This document shows positions 51,211 to 64,000 of a DNA stretch of 64,000 nucleotides, one piece after another (the first letter of the stretch is position 1; the number at the start of each line of letters is the position of its first letter). The DNA lies in NCBI RefSeq assembly GCF_006345805.1, contig NC_043009.1, forward strand, positions 63,488,001-63,552,000. The letters are read 5' to 3'. This DNA comes from Octopus sinensis. Its lineage: Eukaryota. A model generated the notes under the pieces. That model was not told where the DNA came from and ran no database searches. It saw nothing but the letters and a program-made list of their open reading frames with translations. Both the position numbers and the translations under genes were made by a program.

Positions 51211-51669
51211 ATATACATATACATAGAGAGAGAATTAGTCAGACATGCATACATACAGACAGTCAGACAGAAAGACAGATTGACGGATAGACAGATAGAT
51301 AGATATATGTATACACAGGCGTACACTCACATAAAAATACACGCACACAGATATATAAATACATACATACACACACACACACAAATATATATATATATAT
51401 ATATGTATGTGTGTATTTATTTAGTTATCAATTTATATGCTATTAGTTATCAATTTAGCTTCGATGCGGGAGACAATATCGAATTATTCTACCCAAAATA
51501 AATCAATTTTTTTTTCTTTTTAATTAGAAGACCAAATAATAGCAAAGCAGACATTTCTCCGGTATTTTGCCAAAATCAATGACCTCTCTCCACTGCAGCT
51601 CTGCAGTTATTTTTACATGACTGCAGTACAATGCAACCAAAATACCATGTTTTACATATCCACCACACT

Positions 51670-51710
<41 letters not shown>

Positions 51711-52535
51711 CAGAGTTGGTTATAAAGTTTTACTTTAGTTTTCATTAGTTCAAAAGCTTAATGTATTTATTGCTCCTAACTCAATATTGTTACGTTACTG
51801 GTTATCCCGAATTAGTCGATTTTCCTTCATCATTCAATAACTTCATTAAACTGATGCTGTATTGACTGGTATTAATGAAGGCGGCAGCGTTAATAATAGA
51901 TTGATTAAAATAATAGATTGATTAAAATATGCATTGTTGGTTTGTTTGTTATTGTTTTTGTTCAGGTCAGACTTATGGTCAAACTCATTCAAGCTGTGAC
52001 TATTCCATTCTATTTTGAGGTACAGCTTGTGTAGGGTTTCGATATCCAGTGTGTTCTTGGTGTTTTCTGTTTTTAGTTTGTAGGATGTAATCTACGTATG
52101 GAGGCCGTGTGTAAGTTTGAAGGGTATTGAAAGGTCATGCATCTACATATTGAAAGGTTTGGGTGAGGGAACGAATTCCATTCGGAAAATATTATGTTCT
52201 AGAAGTGTTACTTTTCTACATTACACACATTTGGCTGACTGACAGATTTGTCGATGTTTGTTAGAATGCTTTGTGTGGAAGATTTTGGTTATTGATGCCA
52301 TCATGCATTCTGTATATTCCGCTTGTGGTCAGTGTGGTAGTTGAATGTAATGATCGAGATCTGCATCATGATTTGGAAAGGTGATGTGTAAGTGATGTCA
52401 AGGATTAGCCATCCTAAAAGATGTCTAAGAGTGTGTATATGACTTGAGTTTTTGTTTGATATTAGAATTATGATCTTGCTTAGCTCCCACATTCTGGGAA
52501 TTTGATACAGTCGCTGTGAGCATCTCTGGATGTTT

Positions 52536-53498
52536 TTTTATTTCTTTATTGCCCACATTGGCTAAACATAGAGGGACAAACAAGGACAGACAAAGGGATT
52601 AAGTCGATTACATCGACCCCAGTGTGTAACTGGTACTTAATTTATCGACCCCGAAAGGATGAAAGGTAAAGTCGACCTCGGCGGAATTTGAACTCAGAAC
52701 GTAAAGACAGACGAAATACCTATTTCTTTATTACCCACAAGGGGCTAAACACAGAGGGGACAAACAAGGACAGACATAGGTATTAAGTCGATTACATCGA
52801 CCCCAGTGTGTAACTGGTACTTAATTTATCGACCCCGAAAGGATGAAAGGTAAAGTCGACCTCGGCGGAATTTGAACTCAGAACGTAAAGACAGACGAAA
52901 TACCTATTTCTTTATTACCCACAAGGGGCTAAACACAGAGGGGACAAACAAGGACAGACATAGGTAAGTCGATTACATCGACCCCAGTGTGTAACTGGTA
53001 CTTAATTTATCGACCCCGAAAGGATGAAAGGTAAAGTCGACCTCGGCGGAATTTGAACTCAGAACGTAAAGACAGACGAAATACCTATTTCTTATTACCC
53101 ACAAGGGGCTAAACACAGAGGGGACAAACAAGGACAGACATAGGTATTAAGTCGATTACATCGACCCCAGTGTGTAACTGGTACTTAATTATCGACCCCG
53201 AAAGGATGAAAGGTAAAGTCGACCTCGGCGGAATTTGAACTCAGAACGTAAAGACAGACGAAATACCTATTTCTTTATTACCCACAAGGGGCTAAACACA
53301 GAGGGGACAAACAAGGACAGACATAGGTAAGTCGATTACATCGACCCCAGTGTGTAACTGGTACTTAATTTATCGACCCCGAAAGAATGAAAGGTAAAGT
53401 CGACCTCGGCGGAATTTGAACTCAGAACGTAGAGACAGACGAAATACGGCTAAACATTTCGCCCGGCGTGCTAACGTTTCTGCCAGCTCGCCGCCTTC
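52536..53498 (-). mobile_element. SINE family A pentamer with 15-bp TSD
   Basis: Units of 180-184 bp (gtcgattaca at 52603, 52787, 52968, 53151, 53331), one tRNA head; TSD catctctggatgttt (52521-52535 / 53499-53513). Confidence 0.9.
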
Positions 53499-53954
53499 CA
53501 TCTCTGGATGTTTCTGTGTGCAGTGACGCTTTCAGGCTGTAGGTGTTTTAAGTGTATGCGTGTGGTTTTGTCAGACCCTGGGGGCTTTCGAGATTTTAGA
53601 TTCGCGTTGCCTTTTGAGTGTTTGGTGGAAGAAAGGAATCAAAATCACGAGCTTGATGGAAAGCTCGTTATTTTCTTTCATATTTCTTTTATATTTCACG
53701 CTTCTTTCTGTGTGTTTCCGTGGTTGATTTAACGTAAATGTCAGATAAAGACATCTGCATAGTGTTGTGGTGTATTGAGTGTTAGGATCGGCGTTATAGT
53801 GTGACAGAGCCATTCTCACGTTGGGTGTGATGATGTGTCCTTTGTTCTTGTTACTGATCCTCTTAATTACTCCAGATGGCGCTTTGCTGTTTGTTTTGAG
53901 GCCGATACAAATGTTTAGTTTCTTGAATTTCTATTGTTTACTTATTCAAATGGC

Positions 53955-54178
53955 ATCGTTTCAGTCACTAGATTGCGACCATGCTGGGGCACCGCCATGA
54001 GAAATTTTAGTCGAACGAATCTACTTTTTCTATCGGTCACTTTTGCCGAACCACTGAAGGTACGAGGACGTATGCGCATCAATATTGGTTATCAAGTGGG
54101 GGTGGGGTACAAACACACAAGCACACACACACACACGCACGCACACACACACACACACATACACACACACACATACAC

Positions 54179-54274
<96 letters not shown>

Positions 54275-54435
54275 CACGACAGGCTTCTTTCAGTTTCCGT
54301 CTGCCAGATCCACTCACAATGCTTTGATCGGCCCAAGGTTGTAGTAGAAGACATTTGCCCAAAGTTCCACGCGGTGGGCCTGAACCCAGAACCATGTGGC
54401 TGACAAACAATCTCCTTACCACACAGCCATATGTG
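53955..54435 (-). mobile_element. SINE family B copy with expanded (AC)n(AT)n
   Basis: Homology to 32465-32880. Confidence 0.8.
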
Positions 54436-54940
54436 CGTGCGCGCACATTTACGCACGTTTATCATTTCTTTATTTGAGGCTGTGTCTCTGTTTCGATTGC
54501 GTGTAGTATTTTATGTATTGTGTTCGGGCTGTCCCTGATTTTCTTAAGATTAACCACGTAACTAGGATCGCATTTTGTATGTTGCTTAGTAGAATGTGTA
54601 TTTTTGTTTATTTGTCTATTTCTGTAAAGGCGTATAATTATTATTTTAAATGAATATGTACAGCTATGTCTAACCTGGTGACTGTGGTCTTTATTGAATT
54701 CTGGCAAAAAAAATAAACCTTGATTTTGTTTGTTGGTGGAACTCGTTCGATTGGGCTCTCTTGTAGTTTGTAAAAAAGGTTTTTTGCTGTCTTCATTGAT
54801 GTGTAAATCCGTTGTGAGAATAATTGGTGGGTGGTCTGAGCAAAATCTGGAGCATTGTTCGCCAAGAAGTGTGGAACGGAAGGTGATGTCTTGGGAAGAG
54901 GGGTTCATAGTGAGGTGGCTTAAAGTTATATGAATGTGTG

Positions 54941-54976
<36 letters not shown>

Positions 54977-55620
54977 CATGTGTGTCGGTGTAACTGTTAA
55001 AGATCTAAGGGAATTTTAATTTCGGTTCTATTGTGTTACGTTTTTGTATCATCTGTAGTCTTTTAAAATAAGTTTGTGTGAAGTGCATTCAAGGCTTCCC
55101 CAACGATGGTGTTTGAAAAAGAACTTAGTATTATAGTTGGGTGGTGTAACCAGGTAGGTCGTTCGGTGAGGTCGGTGGCTTTATATGTGTATGTGGCGGT
55201 GTTGCAGTATGAATGTGCATGGCCTAGTGGTTAGGGTGCTGTACTCACGATCACTAGATCGTGGGTTCAATTCTCGGAGCGGATAGCGTGTTATGTTCTT
55301 GAGTTTCATTTCACATTGCTCTGCGTGTGGGAGAGTGACAGAATCGTTGACGCATGAGCAGAAATGCTTTGCGTCATAGCTTCCGGCTCTCTTCCTTCTG
55401 AGTTCAAATCCCATCTGCCTGGAGAAGGCAATAGGAAACCACTCATGGATCTCTAAATATATTACCTGCAGGTCTGTGACGTTGACAAAAGGGTTTATAA
55501 CGACCCTTCTTATTTTCCTTGTCGTTATTGTTGTTCTCATTTTTTACCATTTTTGTAATGTGTTTTCCTTTTTGTAAATAGCTTTCTTTGATTAAACTTT
55601 TCTTGGTATTTTATAAAATA

Positions 55621-56002
55621 CTAGCAGTATCGCCCGGCGATGATCGGGTTGGTTTTGACCCTTTAGAATTGGAATTTTTGAAAAGTAAAAATTTTGCATT
55701 ATGTAGCTTGTTATTCTCTTTAAGTGAACATTTTCCTGGTTGAAATACACCAAAAAATGGTGACACAGCAGTCAAAAAATCGTAAAAAATACGGATTTTC
55801 ATAGAAAAAAAGCACTTTTTTGATGTAAATAATTTTTGGTGTTAACATAGTCCGATTTGAATTTTTTCTTTTACGGAATGAAGAACAAGCCTTCTTCTAT
55901 GATACTCTCAATTTGCGCTGCAGGGTCTCGGAGGAAATAGTGTTAGTTGAAGGCTACCAAACCTGCCACACACACAGACAACTTCAGCTTTATATATAAA
56001 GA
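55621..56002 (-). mobile_element. Non-autonomous Helitron (family E)
   Basis: A|TC ... hairpin CTAG|T on the minus strand. Confidence 0.85.
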
Positions 56003-56524
56003 TATCTCCTGTAAGGAGTCTGTAGCCCGTTTTGTGCACATTCGTGGGAACGTTATTCTCTGTGTTCGTACATATCGGGAAAAATTATTCCGTGACGAAG
56101 TTATATCGCTACCCCGACATTTAAACAGTGACCGTCTTGTCTTCATTGACGCATTACATTCACGTGAAATTATTGACTATTAGTCCTGTGTAGTTCCTCA
56201 ACCTAGAGTCAGGACGAATGAGAGTCAACCTATAAACCATTGCCTTCGAAAGGCAGAATTCCTCCAGTGGACAGATTTGTGGAAGTCTAGAATATAGGTT
56301 GCGTTGGTATATGCATTATTTTCATTGTAGCGTATGATACAGGAGCGATGCTGACTAGACAATAGAAACTAACCATAAATATATGTACATTGAAGAGCAT
56401 GTTGTATCTATGTGTTTGGAAATGGAATCTAATGAGAGATAAAAAAAAAAGCCGTTTATCTTCTCAAGAATGTGTTTGTGTCTGTGTATGATAGAGAGAG
56501 ATAGATAGATAGATAGAGAGAGAG

Positions 56525-56609
<85 letters not shown>

Positions 56610-57611
56610 CATGTTCATGCCAACATGGAATGATAACAGGTGCATTCGGACAGAAATACTTTGTGATATCAATGTTTGATTGAGTTATCTCCTATTACTC
56701 GAATGTTCCCTTTCCATGCTATATCTTAACGAGAACGATGAAATAAAAGCCGGATACATTACTAAGGTAGATATAATAATTGGCTAAACTCCTGAAAGAG
56801 ATACCCAACATGTCCGTAGTCAATGATTAAAACCGTTAAAAGAAGAATAGAAGAAAAAAAAAGATCTATTCAAACAAGTTGAACTGTGGCAAAGCAACAG
56901 CAACGTGTTTTTATTGTGAACTATGCCCTTTCGTAGATACCGAGCTGGAGGGACATCAGGTTTAATTTTTATTACCCTAGGGGAGAATGGGGCAATGATC
57001 ATGACCTTTGCTGGACACACTCCTAGTCTACTGATATTAATGGTGTTGATATTCAGCTTGAAAATTCATAGATTAATATTGGTAGGAAAAACAAGAGGAA
57101 TTCAAGAGGGTTGCAAAGTCCAACGTAAAATTTGGAACTTTCTAACAAAAAACAAAACAAAAAGTAGTCGTAAAAACTGTGATATTTAGAAATCATTTTA
57201 TTGAATATAAACATCAGTTTGTTCTTTTGAACTTCAACTTTATCTTTATGTAGAAGATGGTTCTTGTTTCTTCTTAATTTTCTTCTGCTTCCTCCTCTTC
57301 AAACTCCCCTTCTTCCTCGGCTGTTGCATCCTGGACAAAAAGATTAAGAATTATCTACTTTGGCGAAGTTTGGTTTAATTATATACTAAAAAAAGGTCAA
57401 CTTTGCTTTTTATCAATTCTTTTTCAATAGAATAAAGTACCGGTCATGTACTGGGGTCGATGGTATTGACGTTCCCTCAAAATTACTGGCCTTGATTCTA
57501 AATCAGAAACCATTATATAAAAATAGACTTGATTATGGAATCCATGATGTTATGAAGGAAGAATGGGTGTTAGTAAAACAGAAGAGGTGTAAGTAAACTG
57601 GAAAATACTAA

Positions 57612-57936
57612 CAATTGCAGCGTGGAAGGTGTTTATAAGCCATTTAAGAAACACACAAAAACCGTTAGATTCACTTCAACATTTAAATTTAATTTGTCAA
57701 AATATTTTCGTCGCTTTGAGACCGTGAACTGTCATTGCAGCACGAAGCTTTGTCAGTGAACAGTTCGCGGTCTCAAAGCGACGAAAATATTTTGACAAAA
57801 TAAATTTAAATGTTGAAGTGAATCTAACGGTTTTTGTGTGTTTCTTAACTGGCTTATAAACACCTTCCATGCTGCAATTGTTTTCGTTCCAGCACACGAT
57901 CTCAGATCAAGTCACTTGCTATGCAAGTACATCTCC
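57612..57936 (+). mobile_element. Foldback repeat family H4 with G3:C8 hammerhead-like fold
   Basis: About 120-bp inverted arms 57611-57731 / 57761-57881; 12-bp direct repeat ggaaaatactaa (57600-57611 / 57937-57948). Confidence 0.7.
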
Positions 57937-58208
57937 GGAAAATACTAAGTAAACCAGAAAAGATGTTAACAAAAATATGTGTGGAGAAAACAGATGCTGA
58001 AAGAGAAAAGGTGTTAACAAAACGGAATAAAAGTGAACAAAAGAGAAAGGATGTTAACGGAACATTATAATAAATATATTAGTCTCGACTAAAAACAAAT
58101 ATAATTCTTTATCCAGCCTATATTGTTGTACAATAACTAAAGTAAAACAAGAAACACCCAATTAAAGAAAATGGATCTCACCAAAACAAAAATTATTAGA
58201 GTGTAGAA

Positions 58209-58508
58209 CAGTTCTTCTCAACCATTTTTTTTTTTTTTACTTATGTACCCCTGGATCCCTTCCTTTCTTATTTTATTCGGATGGAAACCCTGCCTCATTG
58301 CCATTCAATGTTGCAAAAGAAGTAATATATTTTTTATAATTAAATATTAGGAATCTTAAAAATTGCTAAAAAAATGTGGAAATATTTTGTGCTTTGCAGT
58401 CGTATAACCAATTTAAAGCAGATAAATTTTAACAATAAAATCTTATCAAGATCTCCAAGGGTTATATGGTTCCCCAAGGGTTACATGTACCCTGGTTGAG
58501 AACCATTG
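58209..58508. mobile_element. hAT (Charlie-like) MITE
   Basis: TIRs CAGTTCTTCTCAACC / GGTTGAGAACCATTG; perfect 8-bp TSD gtgtagaa. Confidence 0.85.
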
Positions 58509-58612
58509 GTGTAGAATAAAAAGTAGTTGTCCCAAGCAATTTTGGCTCTTAGTAAGAATATTACTGCAAAACCGACGACCTCAACCGCCTTCGTAGACCC
58601 CCCCCCCCATCA

Positions 58613-58834
<222 letters not shown>

Positions 58835-59107
58835 CTAGAAAATAATTGTAGTTTCACATTGCTTAAGGATCACAGACCCCGTATCCTTGTCGCCCAGCAT
58901 TTTTTTCTGGGAACGAGGTCAAAATGTTTATTTTGTCGCGCTCGAAAAACGAAATTGCTTGAAATATGTGGAATCTCCTCGAAGATTATACAACGATTTG
59001 TCTTGTAATAAAGAATTTAGAAGCAGGAATTTCACAACCTCGAGGGAAGCACAGAGATTTAGCTATTCATGTATTCAAAAATATTCAGAGATTCGCATAT
59101 ATATATA

Positions 59108-59618
59108 CTAGCAGTATCGCCCGGCGTTGCTCGGGTTTGTAAGGGAAATAACTATATAAGCATTTTTAGAGAGTTACTTCCCTTATAGATGCCAATTCGG
59201 GCTTTCTTAGCCATTTCTGTTTTGGTGTCTTCAAGCCATGAAGTCGTTGTTCTAAAAGAACGCTGGTCTCCTTGACAACGCATTACGACGTTGATTTCTT
59301 TACACTCCCTTCCCCACAGCTTCACGAGGGAGGGAAGGGGGAGAAGCAAACAGGTGCAGGTGTGACCATGGACGCCAACTCCGCCGCCATTGACACACGA
59401 AAGATTATGCATTAAAATGGAATAAAAAAATGATGTTAAATTATTTTTAAAATCGTAGACTCATCGTAGACGCGCGCTAATAGCCAGACGGGCTCGATAT
59501 GAATCACGACTATAAGATACCCGAATTTGGTTAAACTGCACCGCAAAATGTGGGAGGAGTTAGGAATCTAAATCGAAGGGGACAGAAACTCACACAACTA
59601 CAGTTTTATATATATAGA
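59108..59618 (-). mobile_element. Non-autonomous Helitron, second subfamily
   Basis: Same 3' hairpin-CTAG end and similar TC(TA)n 5' end as family E but unrelated interior; A|TC...CTAG|T. Confidence 0.8.
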
Positions 59619-60412
59619 TATGCGAACTGCGACCTGGTCATTGACATGATGCGACATAATCTTGTCAGTGAAGGTAACAGTGTTTATGTCTTTGAATGGC
59701 TAATTGGGGGGGGGGGCGCTTTCCACGCTCCGATCGGAGGATAATTAAATTGGGAGCGTGATTAAGTTGAATGATATCAGATATTATTTTTAAAATATTA
59801 AACATTAAAAGCAATACGGACGTTGTGATAGCTTTGTCATAATATGAAGGTAGAATGTAGTCCATCATGAAGATGATGATACGCCTATACGTAAGTATTC
59901 GCGAAAAAATGCCAGCGAATTTAGACAACAAAACAATTAATCAGTTAGATTGAAGAGAGCAGGTCCGTAGATTTTTTTGGCTAAGGATAATCGGGTGAAG
60001 ATAACGAGATAACGCAGTTAATGTTCAGTTTGAGAGGGGCTTTTACATACGTGTAATTATAGATAGATTAATTGTCCCTGGCAACATTTTTAGATTACAC
60101 TTCACATTTTTTTTTTAAGAAGCTAACAAGACGGTGAGTAATATTTATGAAGAGAATCGGATAAAGTTGAGAAAGCAGCCAAGAGACAGCATGAACGATG
60201 ATAATGTTCATATCACAAATTCCAATAGATCTTGTCTTTGAACTCTTGAACTTTCAAGTTTGGTTATAAACAATGCCAGAGTATTTAGACTAACTTTCTT
60301 GTACACCACACTGAGATTCATATCGTGTTATATATATACATATGTATATATATGTGTGTGTGTGTATGCATGTATGTATATGTATGTATGCATGTATATA
60401 TATGTTATTATG

Positions 60413-60474
<62 letters not shown>

Positions 60475-60499
60475 CATATATATACACCATTATTACTAT

Positions 60500-60626
60500 C
60501 ATGACTATCATCATCATCATCATCATCACACTACTACTGCTGCTACTACTACTACTACTAGAAATGGAAAGGGACAGAGATAAGAATAATTCACTACTCC
60601 TGCTGTCGCTGCTGCTACCACTTCTT

Positions 60627-60670
<44 letters not shown>

Positions 60671-60830
60671 GCTACTATTACTTCCACCTAGTAGTAGTAG
60701 TAGTAGTCTACCACTACTACTACTACCACTTCTAACACGACTACTTTAAATTTTATGAATACCACCACTTCAACTACGACTACCCTCATCACCACCACTA
60801 CCACTACCACCACCACCACCACCACCTGTA
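60500..60830. repeat. (CAT)/(CTA)/(CCA) microsatellite block
   Basis: Directly visible. Confidence 0.9.
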
Positions 60831-61389
60831 CTACAAGTAAACAGTGTATTTCTGTAGCGTTGTACAACAGCATAGTACCTCAGAGTAATGTTATACGAAA
60901 GGAAATGACAGTACATCTGTCATTGGTGTACGACATTAGCGAGGTATGGTATAAATGTATAACGCTACACATTAATGTCTTACATTACTGTAATGTAGTA
61001 CAAATGTATGGTACAGTGCAGCAATGTAGTCCATAGATGTGGTGAAGTATAAATGCTTAATGCAGGACTATTGTGTAGTCAAACGAACACAGTCGAAGGT
61101 CCTTCCCGAGCCAGAGGCTAATAAGTACGGATACCCTAATTCCGTAGCGTATATATTCCTCCCCTGAGCGGGACCAGGGCCAGATTAAGACCCATAGAAG
61201 CCCTGAGTGCCTTAAAAGATTTTGGTGTCCCCATAGATATATGTAATTCAAAATAAAAACAATAATGAACCATAAGATTATTTTTTTATTTTTTCAAAAT
61301 GTAACAAAACTAAGATGGCGAATAATGTTTATTTTTGTAGACTTCCACTTCATTATATCTGCAAAGCTTTCTCAGATCCTCACTATGCT

Positions 61390-61444
61390 GCTGCAACTAC
61401 TTCAACAACTGCTACTACTACTACTATTACTACAACTACTACCG

Positions 61445-61478
<34 letters not shown>

Positions 61479-61513
61479 AACAACTACTACTGCTGCTACT
61501 GCTACTGCTGCTG

Positions 61514-61559
<46 letters not shown>

Positions 61560-61860
61560 AACCACTACTACTATAACCGCCACCATCAACCTCGGCGCTA
61601 TCACCACTATGAACACTACCGCCTTCACCACTACTGCCATTACTGTCACCAACTATGGAGCCACTACCACCAATACCAGCTGAACAACAACCACTACTAT
61701 CACCACCACTGAAGCCATTATCAACAGTACCTTCACTCACACCACCACCTTAACACCATCACCCTCACACCACCCTCACATCACCACCCTCACACCACCA
61801 CTATCATCATTGTCACCTCATCTGCTACCACCACCACCACCACCACCACCACCACCGCCG
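61390..61860. repeat. (CTA)/(CTG)/(CCA) microsatellite block
   Basis: Directly visible. Confidence 0.9.
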
Positions 61861-62201
61861 CCCCCGCCATTTCACTTACTGGTCCTACCATCATTACAAT
61901 GATGTTCGCCAATCTGTCAACATGGTTGGGGGTTTTCTGTGTGACCGTGATAACTAAAACCTCGTCAGTCAGCCTCCTGCAAGTATTAAGTACTCTATCA
62001 TCAGAGAATCCAGTCCCTACCCCGACAGGGACATCCCACACCCACCCCGGGGGGCACAAGATGTATTCTCTACTATCATCACTTAATACAGTGATCAATC
62101 AATCTTGTCGTGGAATAGATTGGCCATGATGACCGCGTTAAACAGAAAGCGAAAGAGGTGGAGAGAAAGAATGTGAGTGTATGTGTGTGTTTGTGAGTGT
62201 A

Positions 62202-62242
<41 letters not shown>

Positions 62243-63123
62243 CAGAGTGAGGTAAGTGGCGGGAAGACATGAGGGAAAGTCAGAGATGGAATAAATGAGG
62301 AAGAAAGAGGAGGGAGTAATTAAGAATCAGAAGAGAGAAAAAGAAAGGGAAGTGGCGAAAGAATGAGGCATTTTTTTGAGCCTGAAATTCCTGTGGAAAC
62401 CCTAGATTGCTGGGGTTCGTTAACTAATAATGGAAAAGAGACATTTCAAGAGTAAAAAGCAACAGCCCCCAAAATACCCTTCGAATTTGTTATGACCGTA
62501 TGCTGACATTTTCTGACGATGATTGATTAATTACTTATATACAAACACCCTCCCTACTTTCAAATGTTTGTCCTCTGCCACCCGTCCTCTGCTACCCGTC
62601 TAAATAGCTTTGATAGTGTTTCGGAAGATGTACCAAGGGTCAAACAGCTTTGGAGTTGACCTTCTTCGCTGGAATTTGTTGGAGGAAAGGGTGGGGGAAA
62701 TATCTTTGTTTTGCAATGGGTAAAACAAAATTAACATCTGAGGGTTCGGTTACTGTTCGTTTAGTACTGAAGCTGAAAATAGAATGGGGGGTAGCTGGAT
62801 ATACATGCCTTTCTGTCCTAGACAACCGAATTACCAAGGGTAGATGAAAATAAATAGGCTTTTTCCACTATTCTAAACACCAGAATAAGTAAGAATAGGT
62901 TGAAAACAAATGCAGTGCGTAATTGGTACTTATTTTATCGACCCCGAAAGGATAAAAGGTAAAGTCGACCTCGGTGGAATTTGAACTCAGAACGTAAAGA
63001 CAGACCAAATGCTCCTAAGCATTTTGCCCGGCGCGTTAACGATTCTGCCAGCTCGCTGCCTTCATACAATGAAATCTATTAAAACTTAAATAGCAGTAAT
63101 AACGTTTTTGCGCGTCATACTGT

Positions 63124-63385
63124 GGTGAAGGCGCATGGCTCAGTGGTTAGAGCGTCGGGTTCGCAGTCATAAGGTAGTGATTTCGATTTCATGACCAGGT
63201 TTTGTGTTATGTTTTATGGAGTGGAAATCTCTATTTCATGCAGTTCTTTATTTAAGAGATGAGGAATTATGTACATTATTTACATTTGACGGATATTTGT
63301 CCTCATCATGCATATGGCGTAGTGCATAAGAGCACGGGCTACTAACCCCAAAATTCCGAGTTCGATTCCAGGTAGTGACCTAAAT

Positions 63386-63419
<34 letters not shown>

Positions 63420-63810
63420 TCGAAAAATACCTTAGGAATGAGAACCCAGGTTTGAAATTTCCCCTAGACACCAGATGAAGGCTGGAGGGTGTATCAGCCG
63501 AAACGTTGTGTTAACAACAAATAAAATGAGGATAAATATCCGTCAAATGTAAGTAAAGTAAATAATGTACTTTATCTCATGTTGCTCCAGTTCACACAGC
63601 TGTAGAAATAAGTTCCGACATCACTAATGCCAAGCTGTATCAGCCTTTGCCTTTCCCATGGACAACATCGGTAGCGTGGACAGGAGAGGCTGGTATGCAT
63701 GGGCGACTGCTGGTCTTCCGTAAACAACCTTGCCCGGATTGCACCTCGGAGGGGAACTTTCTAAGTGCAATACAATGGTCATTTTGACCGAAGGGGGTCT
63801 TTAGCCTTTA
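63124..63810 (+). mobile_element. tRNA-derived SINE family C, split by a nested element (63241-63570)
   Basis: Head ggcgcatggctcagtggttagagc; body resumes at 63571 with tatctcatgttgctccag, mirroring tatttcatg on the left. Confidence 0.7.
63241..63570 (+). mobile_element. Nested element: inverted tail + tRNA-like head + (TAA)n + hammerhead-like tail (family H3)
   Basis: Inverted repeats 63271-63307 / 63526-63570; A-box 63315-63325; B-box 63358-63369; fold at 63467-63512. Confidence 0.65.
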
Positions 63811-64000
63811 TATCATACTTAATGCAGATACACCGTAGAAAGCCTAGAAACTGCTTTATTCGTCTCGGAAAAGTATCATGTATAGACGTATAGTGTTAAA
63901 AAAATCACAGAAATACATCGAAAAGTGTCAAAATATAAATAAGTACTGGAGCCAATTTATTTATCTACACCCTTTCAAGGCGGTGCTTCTCCGTGGCCGG

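Larger units (their letters stand above)
52030..54910 (-). pseudogene. Decayed LINE ORF2 (APE end to RT start), interrupted by SINE A array and SINE B
   Basis: Minus strand: SDHPPIILT (APE end, about 54830), KAPG(S)D...IHLKHL (about 53560), IPRMWELSKIIILISNKNSSH (about 52490); many stops and frameshifts. Confidence 0.7.

Noticed and set aside
61790-62129. Opposite-strand ORFs and CTGACGA/CTGATGA hits on the minus strand
   Set aside because: No protein similarity recognised; the motifs lack a paired stem II followed by GAAA

Overview
AT-rich, repeat- and microsatellite-dense eukaryotic genomic DNA. The repeat families look like octopus/coleoid cephalopod (inference, not checked by search). 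One protein-coding gene is well supported: a + strand PDGF/VEGF-family (PVF) ligand with five coding exons (9904-10041, 31154-31364, 37526-37755, 38583-38701, 42023-42170). All junctions are GT-AG and phase-compatible (0,1,0,2), giving a 281-aa precursor: signal peptide, propeptide, complete 8-Cys cystine knot, short Cys-rich segment and basic tail. The rest is mobile-element debris: several tRNA-derived SINE families (some as multimeric arrays), non-autonomous Helitrons and a Helentron-like element, hAT MITEs, and relics of an RTE LINE, another LINE, Tc1/mariner and a Penelope GIY-YIG. The most unusual signal is about nine minimal type I hammerhead-ribozyme-like folds from at least four unrelated repeat families, recognised by covarying stems around CUGANGA/GAAA cores. 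They include a family with a reciprocal G3:C8 core swap, a tail-to-tail double hammerhead in the PVF intron, and a tRNA-headed element with a hammerhead tail. All folds were read by eye and none has been shown to cleave. Most ORFs in the supplied track are microsatellite or repeat artefacts.
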